From NCBI GenBank assembly GCA_004431415.1, contig QPMI01000062.1, positions 248,001-312,000 of the forward strand: a stretch of 64,000 nt of DNA. Reading direction: 5' to 3'. Below are positions 12,779-23,966 of the stretch, piece after piece. A program made the translations under genes and the position numbers. The stretch's first letter is position 1; the number at the start of each line of letters is the position of its first letter. This DNA comes from Cyanophora paradoxa CCMP329. Lineage: Eukaryota; Plantae; Glaucophyta. The notes below the pieces were generated by a model. The model searched no databases. It was not told the origin of the DNA and saw only the letters and a program-made list of their open reading frames with translations.

Positions 12779-15309
12779 ATGCAGGGCGGCAGCGCTAGCG
12801 AGAAGCGCGGCTGGCCTGATGAATCGAGCGCAGCAGAGAGCGACCAGGCCGTCCACAAGCGCCAGCGCGCAGCCGCGCTTGCAGGGCAGCAGCCGGGGGC
12901 CGCCGAGGACCTAGGCCTGTCCGCGCTCGAGCGGCTGCCAGACGATCTGCTTAAGAGCGTCGTCGGCTTCCTGGGCGTGCGCGACGCGTGGGCTTGTCGC
13001 CTCCCGCTCGTGAGCCGGCGGCTGCGCGAGGTGCTCGCGGCCACAGAGTTCGGTGCACTCGTCGTCCGGAGAGAGCGCATCGGGTCCCATCGATTTCGCG
13101 ATGTGGAGGAGGAGGAGCTGCGGGCCTGGGCGCTGCGCCTGCAGTCGGGCGCTCTCCGCCTCGCCCCCGGCAGCAGCCTGGAAATCGACATGTGGCGTCA
13201 GCCAGTGTTTTGGTGCACGCCACGCGCCTTATTCATCCGGGCGCCCCTCAGTGAACCGCTTCAGCTCTGGATCTTATGTCGATTCGATAAGCCCCTCGCT
13301 CTGGAGCCCGCCGCCGTCAAAGCCTTTCGTCTCTTTCGTCTCCTCCATTCAGGGGCTTCGACGCTTCGTAATCTGGCATGGGTGACCCCCTGCACCCCTC
13401 TGTCCCCCCCCTCCGACTCCCCCCTCCCGCGCTGAGCGGTACCCCCGCAGGGACGTGGTCTCCGCTGGCGAGGCGGGCCAGTCGGCGAGTGCGGCGGGTG
13501 CGGCGCGGCACGCCTACGTCGGGGCGTTGCTGGAGGCCCTGGCGCCGGTGGCGGGCACCCTCGAGGAGCTCAGCATCCGCCTCCAGACAAGAGACGCCCG
13601 CGACCGTGACCGGCTGCCCCGTTCGCGCCCCGCCCCCCGCCTTCCTCCGCGCTACTTCCCTAAGCTTTCCTGCAGATGGGGAGGCCCGCGGGGCGATCGT
13701 GGCGGGGCTGCGGCGGCTGACGGCCCTCCGGAGCCTCGACCTCGGCGACTGCATCGGCGTCTCCGCCGAGCTCCTGAAGGAGGTCCGCCGGTTCGGCTCC
13801 CGGCGATGGCCGCCGCCGCTCACGGGGGGCGGGTGGTGCAGCTCTGGCCGGCGCTCCGGGGGCTTCGGTCCCTCCGCATCTCGCACAACGGGAGGGCAGA
13901 CGACCCGGAAGAGTACGTCTCGTCAGTGACTGCCCTCGCCTCTGCCGTCGAGCGCCTGCACCCCGTCCTCGAGGTCCGTGCGACCGCCGGCCGCTCCCAG
14001 GGCCCCGCCCCCCGCGCCCCGAACCCCCGTTCACCCCTTCCTTCCCCCCTGACTCCCAGGAGCTCCACGTGACGTTCAGCCGCTCGTTCGACGCGACCGA
14101 GTACACCCTCAGCGGCCGATGCCTGGCGGCGATCGGCCGTATGCGCGCCCTCCGCGCGCTCTCGCTCAAGGCCAGATTCTTCTGCTTCCCCGAGGTGCGC
14201 GGGGGCCGCGGGGGCCGCGGGGCCGGCCTCCCCCCCTCCGGGGTTCACCCCGCCGCCAGGTCGCCTCCTCGAGCCTGGAGAGCCTCGCGCTGGATTCCTG
14301 GAACCCCAGCAGCACCCTCTTCCTGGTGATGGACGAGTCCGGCTCCGTCGCCCCTTCCTCCCTTTTCAAGGGCATCTCCCGCATCGTGAGCAACCCTCCC
14401 CCCTCTCTCCCTACCCTCCTTCCCGCCCTTCTGACGGGCCCGCAGGAGAACCTGCAAACGCTGACTCTCGCCGGGGACTTCAAGAACAGGAAGGACCTCG
14501 AATCCCTCGCAAAGGTGCCCCCCCTTGTTTTCGTCTTTTCATCTGCGCTTCCTCAGGCCCCTCCGCGCGCCCCCGCGCAGCTCCGGTCCTTGACCCTCTG
14601 CCCGTGCGCCGCCCGGCTACGCCTCTCGCCTGCCCGCCCCATCCCGCTCCGCGCTGAGGCGCGCGCCCACCGGGCAGGCCTCGCAAGGACACGGGCTTCT
14701 TGGAGCGGCAGTACCTTCCCGGCTGCGTGGCCGCCGACCTCCTGCCCCGCCTCCCGGCCCTCGAGCGCCTCTCCCTCCACTTCAGCTGGGACCCGCGCCG
14801 CTCCGAGGCCGCGAGGCTGGCGGCTTCCCTCGAGGCCCTGGCGGCGGCCCTGCCTTCGGCCCCCGCCCTCCGCTCCCTCTCCGTGGCCGTGTGCTGCGCC
14901 TCCCCCGAGGAGCTCCCCCAGCCCGAGCTCCTCGCCGACCTCTCCCCCGCCGCCGCCGCCCTCCTCAACGCCGCCAGGGTGCCCTCTACCCCCCTCATCT
15001 CAGAGCCGCTCTCTCTGACCGCGGCGACCCCAGGACACTCTGGAGGAGTACGACCGGGAGCTGCTGTACCCCAGCGTGGAGGAGAGCGCGGCGCTGGCGG
15101 CCTGCACGCGCCTGCGGCGCGCGCTGCTGACCCTCGCGGTGCCGGCGGCGACGGCGGCCGCGGAGGGGCTCGCGGCGCTGGCCCCCCTCGCCTCCATGGC
15201 GGCGCGCCCGGCCCCGGGCCCGGGCTCCCTCGTGCTCGATCAGCTCTTCGAGTCGGACTGGGGAGCCCTCAGCGCCCTCCTCGAGCCCCTCTGGCGCCTC
15301 GAGGACTAG
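12779..15309 (+). CDS. F-box/LRR protein, copy B (tandem paralog of copy A)
   Basis: First ~390 bp match 9826-10212 (offset 2953); same exon structure; divergent LRR exons. Confidence 0.8.
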
Positions 15310-15670
15310 CAGGTCCGACGGTCCACCCCTTGTATACGTACCTGTTAAAATACACTATACCGAGTTCGAACTGAACCGAAGTCTCAGAACTAAATGCGGC
15401 ACAGTTCGGCGGCCTGCATTGCTTCGTTACGATGGTCCATGATTGTCCCACTTCAATGAACAACATGAGAAAAGATAGGCTTGAAATACAGGGTATGCAA
15501 ATGAGAAATCGCTGCCGACGCCTGCGGAGGGTACTTACAGGGGGCGTGCGGACGAACGACCGAATCACTGAACGGTATAAACTGCACAGGGTCCTGAACC
15601 GGAAACTACGGGTCTGCTTAAAGCCGGACGGGGCCGGGGCCGGGGCCGGGCGCGGGCGCGGGGCCGGCGC

Positions 15671-18247
15671 CTAGGCCTGGCACGGGGAGACGCAGGGGGG
15701 CTTGGGGGCGGCGCGGTTGTGCTGCATGTGGGCGCGGACGAGGTGGCCGGCGGCGAGGGCGCTCATGAGGGAGAGCTCGCCGGCGAGCACGGCCCCCGCC
15801 ACGATCCGCGCCAGCCGCTCGGCGTTGGCGCCCGGGCGCTCGGCGTTGGAGCCGCGGACGCCGAGGATGTCGAGGCAGGCGGCCTGGCCGGGGAGGTGCG
15901 TGCCGCCGCCGACGGTGCCGACCTCGACCGAGGGCATGGTGACGGAGACGTGGAGGTCGCGGCCCTCGTTGATGCGCTCGAAGAGGGTCATGCACGTCGA
16001 GGACTCGACGTTCTGCGCCGGGTCCTGCCCCGTCGCGATGTACACCGCCGTCACGATGTTCGCCGCGTGCGCGTTGAAGCCGCCCACGGAGCCGGCGAGC
16101 GCCGAGCCGATGAGGTTCTTCTGCGTGTTGAGGTCGACAAGGGCCTCGACGGTCGTCTTGAGGACCTTCTCGACGACGCGGCCGGAGACGACGGCCTCGG
16201 CGACGACGGACTTGCCGCGCCCCTCGATCCAGTTGATCGCGCTCGGCTTCTTGTCCACGCAGTAGTTGCCCGAGATGGCGATTACGTCCATGTCGGGGAA
16301 CTGGCCCTTGAGGAGGTCGAGGACGCAGTTGCAGCCCTTGGAGACCATGTTCATCCCCATCGCGTCCCCGCTGCTGCACCGGAACCGGATGTACACCGAC
16401 CGCCCCGCCAGCGCCACCTTGCACTGCACGCCCCCGCCCCCCGTCAGCTCCGAGAAATTGACTGGGGACGCGTGGGGCCGAGATGGATGGCGGGGAAGAA
16501 AGGGGGCGCTAGGGGGGATGTCCGCTGGGCCCTTCAATATCGCGCGCCACGGGTCTAGCGGCGACGTACACAACCGCAGCGTGTTCCTCTCGCATTCGCA
16601 TGTACGGGCCTGCCACGGGCCCCGGAGGGCGGCAGCACCCGCTTTTACTGAATGCGGCCCAAAGAGCCCCGTGCACTTGTGTAGCCCCGAAAGAGAGCAG
16701 GGACAGGGCGCACCTCCTGGAGGCGAGCGAAGCGGGAGGTGCTGTTGAAAGCGTCGCACACGGCAGCGTAGTTCGCCTCATCCTCGATCCACGCCTGCCC
16801 GCCGCGCGTCGGCCCGCATTCCGGCAGGGCGGGCGGGCGCGGAGCGAACCTTGAGCTCGGCAGCGCGGACGGCCGAGGGCATGCGGACGCAGGGCGCGCG
16901 GGTGATGCCAGACTTCAGGAGGACGGTCTGCACGCCGCCGGACTCGCTCAGCGCCTTCGCGCCGCGGTTCGTGCTCGCGACGAGGCAGCCTGCGCGCCGC
17001 ATTTGACTTGGGAACTGTGGCGATGCGCGCGGAGCGTCGCACCCTCGGTGGTCGCCATCGGGATGTGAACGAGCTCGCCGTCGAGCAGGAGCGGGCCGGC
17101 GATGCCGACGGGGATCGGGACGTAGCTGCATCTCTCGCTCAGTCGGGAGCGGGCGGCGAGGCAGCTTGCAGGGGAGCGAGGGGCGGACCCGATGACCATC
17201 TCGCAGCACTGGCCGAGCACATCCTTGTAGTCGTAGTGCTGGAAAGGAAGGCGCTCGAACTCCCGACCCACCTTCGAAGCTGCAGGAGCGCGCGTCAATG
17301 CGGGAAGGAAAGATTAGATGCACAGTTCGATGACGCCATCGCGCACAGATGAAACGGCGGCGCAGCTCAACCGCGCGGTTGCAGTCGCCCAGCTCCTTCT
17401 CGAGGCTGTAGTGAGGAACCTTGCCGGACTGGACGAGGCTCAGAATCTCCTCATCGGTGTTCTCCGCGAGCTGCTCCTTCGCGACCACCGAGCAGGCCGG
17501 CTGCGAGTCCTGCTGCTCGCTTGCGACGGCAACCGGCTTCGAAGAAGAAGACGCGACGGGCGCCGGCGCTGCTGCGCGTGTCGCGGTGCGGGCGGGGCGG
17601 GCGGTATCGGTCGGCTCATCCTCGTCATCGGAGAGTCGGCGAGCGGTCGCGGCCGTCGAGTAGTTGTGCTTCAGAACGAACTGGATCAAGAAGAAGCTGA
17701 AGAAGCCAAGCAGGTACACCTGCGGCGTCGGTCGTGAGCGCAACCGCCGGTTGGACGGCAAGCACGCCGGCGGACCAACGACGCTGACAGTCCCATGATA
17801 GCGAACCCTGCCGCACGACCAGAGCCGGATCAGACGCGAGCAGCATGACGTGACGACGCTGCAGCCGGGACTGGCGGGCGGGCAAAAATGGCTCCCGCCA
17901 AGCAAACTGACAGCGCGGGGGACGGTCGCGGCGGGGTCTAGATCGCAGATTCAAGCAAACCCGGTGTTTTGAAACCATCTCCGACGTCGAACTAGGACAA
18001 CGGGCAGCGGGGACAAGCGCGCACCATCCGTGAAGTTGGGCACGAAGCGCGATACGCTGACAAGCTTATCACGGTGCCGCCAGATCCAGAGGTACGCGGA
18101 GCACCCAAAGAACAGGGCCCAGGCGACCACACTCGCCGACAGGAATGACGGGAGAGCCAGCCGGCCAAGGGAGAACCCCGTCTCCGGGACCGCCTTGCCC
18201 TTTCCTGAGCGCTTCGGGGCGGTGGCTGCCGCCTTCTCGCTGGCCAT
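15671..18247 (-). CDS. HMGR: HMG-CoA reductase, class I, with N-terminal membrane anchor
   Basis: [100 protein letters not shown]. Confidence 0.97.
16516..16657 (-). ncRNA. Intronic H/ACA snoRNA, SNORA70/U70-like
   Basis: Lies in an unusually long (~290 nt) HMGR intron: hairpin cgcattc...gaatgcg, H box AGAGGA, hairpin cgctg...cagcg, ACA followed by 3 nt; pocket tgtgta/aagggc pairs with 18S GCCCUU(U)GUACACA. Confidence 0.8.
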
Positions 18248-18360
18248 CCGGACCTGAACCAGGCGAGTGCTCGTATCCCCCTCCAGCTCGCCCCCGGGTC
18301 CTGTGAATTCGCGCCACTAGCGTAGACCAGCTAGCCATAGGCGACGACCGACTAGCGCAG

Positions 18361-20254
18361 ATGAAGCGCCCGTCGAAGCGGAGGCGAGTGGTTGCCGATG
18401 CAGCAGGCGAGCCAGAGCAGCAGGCGCCGGCGAGCCCAATCGAGCTTCTCTCCGACGAGCTGCTGGGAGAGATCTTCTCGCATTTGCAGATGGAAGAGGC
18501 GTGGCGCCTTCGGTCGTGCGCATCCTCCTGCCCCGCGCGGGCCGCTCGTGCGTGGCCGCTCGCTGAACTCGGATCTGCTCGCGCAGGGTGTGCAAAGCAT
18601 GGGACCAGATCATTCGCAGCACGGCGTACAGAAAGCTGTTCCTATGTTGTCGCAAACCACAGCCGCTGTCTGCTCTCGCCAACCTGCTGAAAGAATCCAC
18701 GACCACAGTCCAGCCGCAGCTTGAAGGCGTATCTCTCTTTCTCAAGCCGAGCGGGCTGTCGGAGGAGGACTCGCGCGAGATGTGGAGCAACGCCCTGGCG
18801 GTGCTCTCGGTGGTCGCGAACGAGCACGCGGGCCGTGTCCGAAGGCAGTCGACCTTTTCTGCAGCCCCGAGTCGAACTCTGCGTGGACCGACGTCATCCC
18901 CCTTGACTCGCTCATCCTAGCCCCGCTGCTGGCGCTCAGGCCACCGCGCAAGGACGGACTCGACGTCCCAGCGGCTCTGGAGGAGCTCGAGCTGGGAGTA
19001 GGACACGGCCGTCCATACCCCGACCACACGCCTCGGATTCCCGTTTCCACCCTGCGCTCGGCTCTCGCCCCATTCTCCAATCTTCGATGCCTTCACCTCC
19101 GTGCGTACGCGTGCAAGGCGCGCGAGGCCACTCGCTTTAATTTCCTGAATCGAGAATGCCACAGGCTCCTCGATACCCGACTGGGTTCCGCTCGGAGAGG
19201 CGCAGGCGGCGGTGCTGGCGGAGTGCTGCCCATGCCTCACGTCGCTCTTGATCACCCCAATCAACACCGACGCTGTCAGACGCCTTGCGCCCCTTCGGCT
19301 AGAGAGCCTAGAGATATTTGGCCCCTCGCTTGCGGGTTCGTTATCTGTCCTCTCGGAGGGCGAAGCTGGCAAAACTCTGAAGGAACTACGTTGCGCTTGG
19401 TGCGACACGTAACCCAAAGCCTCCTTACAACCAGTGTTCTCTAAAATGATGATGCGTACAGGCCATATCACTTCACACAAATCAACGGGGATGACCTCCG
19501 AAGCGTGGCACGTTTCCCGCAGCTTCAGCTCTTGAGAAACTTCTGCGTGAGTCGATTGACGCTCAAGCTTCTGGTCCCTTTCTAACATTATTGCTCAGAT
19601 TGGCAGCGACGTCACTATCGCGGACGCGGCGGCACTGGGGGCGGCCCCGAACCTCAAGAAAGTCAGAATCTGTCACACGGCCGACAAAGATCCGGCGTCA
19701 TTCCTGTCCGGCCTCACCGCTGCCGTGCGGTCATCGCGCTCCCTCAAAAGCCTGGGGCTCATGCTTGGAGGTCCATGATCTTGCCCGTCCTCTCCCACCC
19801 ACCCTCCAGCGACCTCTAATCCGCAGCCGTAGCTCCCGCAGAGACAAACCCGGCGGCCGTCGCTGGCTTCATCACGGCCGCTTCCCCTGCCCTGCAGGAG
19901 CTCCGGATGCGACTGTGGCGGCCGCTCGTGGCAGAGGAGGTCGCTGCCTTGGCGAGCCGCCAAGACCTCGAGGGAGCTGTTGAAAGCTTTGTCAACGGCA
20001 TGGATGATCTGCTCGCCCTCGAGGTCAGAACGTCAAAACATCATCCCCCCTCCCTCGTGAGCCGCTTCCTGCAGGTCTTCCGAGAGTCCGACTTGGACTT
20101 CCGCATCCGCGTGGGCACGGACGACCCCGCCCTGTACAGCGTGGCGGAGGGCGTCTTCCGCGGCTGGTGCAGCCGCCATTATGGCGAGGAGTTCACGGCG
20201 TATTACCCGAAGAGCAGCCTAACAAGACATTGGGAAGATTTGTTGGAGTGGTAG
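18361..20254 (+). CDS. F-box/LRR protein, copy C (apparent 1-nt frameshift near 18838)
   Basis: IELLSDELLGEIFSHLQMEEAWRLR|VCKAWDQI F-box, then LRRs (FSNLRCLHL, CPCLTSLLI, LRLESLEI). Confidence 0.75.
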
Positions 20255-20355
20255 CAATACGTATACACCATACAGCTAGCTCGCAGGCCTTAAAGCAAAT
20301 TGGGGACAGAACATCGGGTCTAGCTTTGGAAACGACGGGCACTCATGAGCGGGCA

Positions 20356-21737
20356 CTACCGCCTCGCTGGGGCCCCCGATGAGCCCGCAGCGGGGCCCGG
20401 CGCGCCCGCCGCGGCTGCCGGGGCCGGGGCGCGCAGGGGGCCGGCGGCGGCTGCGGCGGGGGCGGCGCTGGAGCCGGCGCGGGCGGGCGCGGGGCGGTGG
20501 CCGGGGCGGGCCGGGCGGGGACCTGCCGGCGGCGGCGCGCTGGCGCTCGCTGGCGAGCTCCGCGCGCCGCTTGGCGAAGGCCTCCTCGATGAGCTGCATG
20601 AGGGTCTTGCCCTGCCGCTGGGCGCTCGCCGCGACGCGCATGGCGGAGCGGAGCCAGAGGAGGCGCCCGACGGTCATGGGCGGCTCCCCCCGCACCTCCC
20701 CCAGCAGCCGCGCCAGCCCCGGGTTGTTCTCCGGCCCCAGCGGCGCCGCCCCGAAGCGGAAGGAGCGGGTCGACTGGGGGGCCCCCGCGGCGGCCCCCGA
20801 GCGCTCGCGGGCCTGGCGGACGGCGGCGGCGAGGCCGACGACCCACGTCGCCAGCGTCCGCTCGTCCCACGCCGACAGGTCCTGCGCCCCCGCCCCCGCC
20901 CCCGTCAGGGGCGGCAAGGCGGGGGGAGCCGGGGCCGGGGCCGGGGCCCCCGCACCAGGGTCCGCTGCGGCGTGACGACGGAGAAGCAGAGCCACGGCTC
21001 GTCCTGCGGCGGGGTCTCGGCCCGGCCCGGGCGCCGCGGGCGGGGCGGGGCGGGGCGGGGCGGCGGGCCTCGATCTTGGAGCGGCGGGTGAATACGTCGG
21101 AGCGGGGCCCGAAGCAGACCCCGACGACGTCCTTCAGCGCGATGCTGCTCTTCGTCTTCCGCGCCTTCGCGTCGCCCCAGCCTGCCCCCCGCCCCGCTCA
21201 GCCGCTTGCGGGTCGGCGGCGGCGGGACGCGAGCGGGGCGGACCGAGGGAGAGGCCGTCGCCGGAGAGCTGGAGCCAGCGGGGCTTGCGGGCGCCGCCGG
21301 CCTTGAAGTCGTGCTTGATGAGCTCGGCGCCCTGCCGCAGCGCCGCCAGCCGCTCGGCCTCGCGGTCCTTGGCCGTCAGCGCGTGCCGCAGGTCCGCCAG
21401 CTGCTTCCGCCACCGCGACGCCTCCGCGTCCTTCTCCCGCAGCTGCCCGCCCGCGCCCCTCAGCGGCGCCGCCTCGTGCAGGGCCGGAGCGGGGCGGGGC
21501 GAGCCTTGGCGGCGTGGAAGGCGCGGTCGGAGGCGATGCGGGAGGCGAGGCCCTCGACGCGCCCCTCCAGCGCCGCCGCCTCCGTCGCCCGCTGCCTCGC
21601 CGCCCCCGCCTAGCCACCACACTCGCCGACAGGAAGGACGGGAGAACCAGCTGGCCAAGGAAGATCCCCGTCTCCGGGGTGGCCTTGCCCTTCCCAGAGC
21701 GCTTCGGGGCGGTGGCTGCCGCCTTCTTGCTGGCCAT
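20356..21737 (-). pseudogene. Duplication-junction chimera: HMGR promoter and first 42 codons fused to the 3' (PH-domain) part of the coiled-coil gene
   Basis: 21613-21860 is homologous to 18126-18360 ([18 protein letters not shown] vs [18 protein letters not shown]); 20320-21611 is nearly identical to ~23920-25208. Confidence 0.8.
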
Positions 21738-21857
21738 CCGGACCTGAACCAGGCGAGTGCTCGTATCCCCCTCCAGCTTGCCCCCGGGTCCAGTAAAGTT
21801 CGCGCCACCATCTAGCGTAGACTGTAGCTAGCCATAGGCGACGACCGGCTAGCGCAG

Positions 21858-23807
21858 ATGAAGCGCCCGTCTAAGCGGAGACGAGTGGCTGCCGACGCAG
21901 CAGGCGAGCCAGAGCAGCAGGCGCCGGCGAGCCCAATCGAGCGACTGTCCGACGAGCTCCTGGGAGAGATCTTCTCGCATTTGCAGATGGAAGAGGCGTG
22001 GCGCCTCCGGTCGTGCGCATCGTCCTGCACCGCGCGGGCCGCTCGTGCGTGGCCGCGCGCTCGCTGCAGCTGAACTCAGAGCTGCTCGCGCAGAGTGTGC
22101 AAAGCATGGGACCAGATCATTCGCAGCACGACGTACAGAAAGCTCTACCTGTGTTGTAGCGAACCAGAGCAGCTGTCAGCTCTCATCCAACTGCTCAAAC
22201 AAGCCATGGCCACAGACCAGCTTGAAGAGGTATCTCTCGCGCTCGAACCGAGCGGGCTGTCGGAGGAGGACTCGCGCGAGATGTGGAGCAACGCGCTCGC
22301 GGTGCTCTCGGTGGTCGCCAACGAGCACGCGGGCCGTGGGCCGCGGCATATCAGCTTCACCTACTACCCCAAGCCAAACTTCGCGTGGACCGACGTGGTC
22401 CCCGTTGACTCGCTCGTCCTTGCCCCGCTGTTGGCGCTCAGGCCACCGCCCAAGGACGGGCTCGACGCCCCATCGGCTCTCGAGGAGATTCATCTGGCAG
22501 TACGATACGGCGTTGCAAATCCCGACCACACGCCTCAGATTCCCATCGCCGCCCTGCGCTCGACTCTCGCCCCCTTCTCCAATCTTCGGCACTTCGATCT
22601 CCGTTCGTGCAAACTGCACTTCGCCGCTATCTGCTGACTGATGAGTTCCTTTTTGCAGGCTATTTTACACATGACTGGCCTGCCCTCGGAGAGGCGCAGG
22701 CAGCCGTGCTTGCGGAGTGTTGCCCGCAACTCACGTCGCTCTCCATCACCCCCGTCAACGCCGATGCAGTCCGACGCCTTGCGCCGCTGCGGCTAGAGAA
22801 GCTAGCACTATCTGGTCCCCTCCACGCCGGTTCCTTCTCCGCGCTGGCGGAGGGCGAGGCCGGCAAAACGCTAAAGGATCTACGTTGCACTTGGTGCGAA
22901 ACATAATGATCATGATCAGCCGCTGCCTGCAGCTGCTTCCACCCAGCATCCTCTGATGATTCGTGTACGCGCAGGGACGACAGCTTCACACAAATCAACG
23001 GAGAGGACCTCCGCAGCGTGGCGCGGTTTCCGCAGCTTCAGCTCTTGACAAATTTCTGCGTGCGTCAATTGACGCCCAAGCTTCTGGCTTTCGAGCTCGA
23101 GCTTTAATTTGTCGCATTATCGCAGATTGGCAGCGACGTCATGTACGCGGACGTGGCAGCACTGAGGGCGGCCCCGAACCTCAAGAAGGTCAGAATCAGT
23201 CACAGGGCCGACAGGGACCCGGTGCCATTGCTATGTGGTCTCACCACTGCCGTGCGGTCATCGCGCTCCCTCGAAAGCCTGGGACTTATGCTCGAGGGTC
23301 CGTGATTTTGCTCGTCCCCTCCCGCCCAACCTCCTGCGACCCCTCATCCGCTGCCGTAGCTCCTGCTGACACAAACTCTGCGACCGTCGCTGGCTTCATC
23401 ACGGCTGCTAGTACTTCTCGTGTCCTGCAGGAACTCGAGTTTCGGATGCGACTATGGCGGCCGCTCACGGCAGAAGAAGTCGCAGCCCTGAGAGGCTGTG
23501 ATGAACTCGGAGGGACTTTCACCGTTGAATGTTTTCTCGACAGCCCCAGTGATCTGCTCGCGCTCGAGGTCCGTACTCCTTTTATTTGCGAGGCGCGCGT
23601 TGGCGCCCTGTGAGTAATTGTATGCAGGCTGTCCGTGGCATGAATAACATCTGCAAGATCCATATCAGCGTGGCCACTGACGATCCTGCCCTGTTCAGCG
23701 TCGCGAAGGGCGTCCTCTGCGGCTGGTGCAACCCCGTTGAAGGGCGCGAGTTCTCGGCGTACCACCCGAAGAGCAACCTCACAGAGCTTTGGTCCGACGA
23801 CTGGTAG
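21858..23807 (+). CDS. F-box/LRR protein, copy D (paralog of copy C)
   Basis: MKRPSKRRRVAADAAGEPEQQAPASPIERLSDELLGEIFSHL; same exon layout as copy C. Confidence 0.78.
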
Positions 23808-23966
23808 CAAAAGCACTAGAACTCTCTTAGAAGCAAGTCTCGAAGATGTCCCTTCCTGAATACCTGAATATTAAACCGTTGAACCTCGGATGTTGGAACA
23901 CCTACAAGCTCAAGGGACAGATCATCGGGTCTAGCTTTGGAAACGACGGGCACTCATGAGCGGGCA

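Noticed and set aside
18830-18845. Programmed frameshift in F-box copy C
   Set aside because: A simple 1-nt deletion relative to copy D with no slippery site; mutation or sequencing error is more likely
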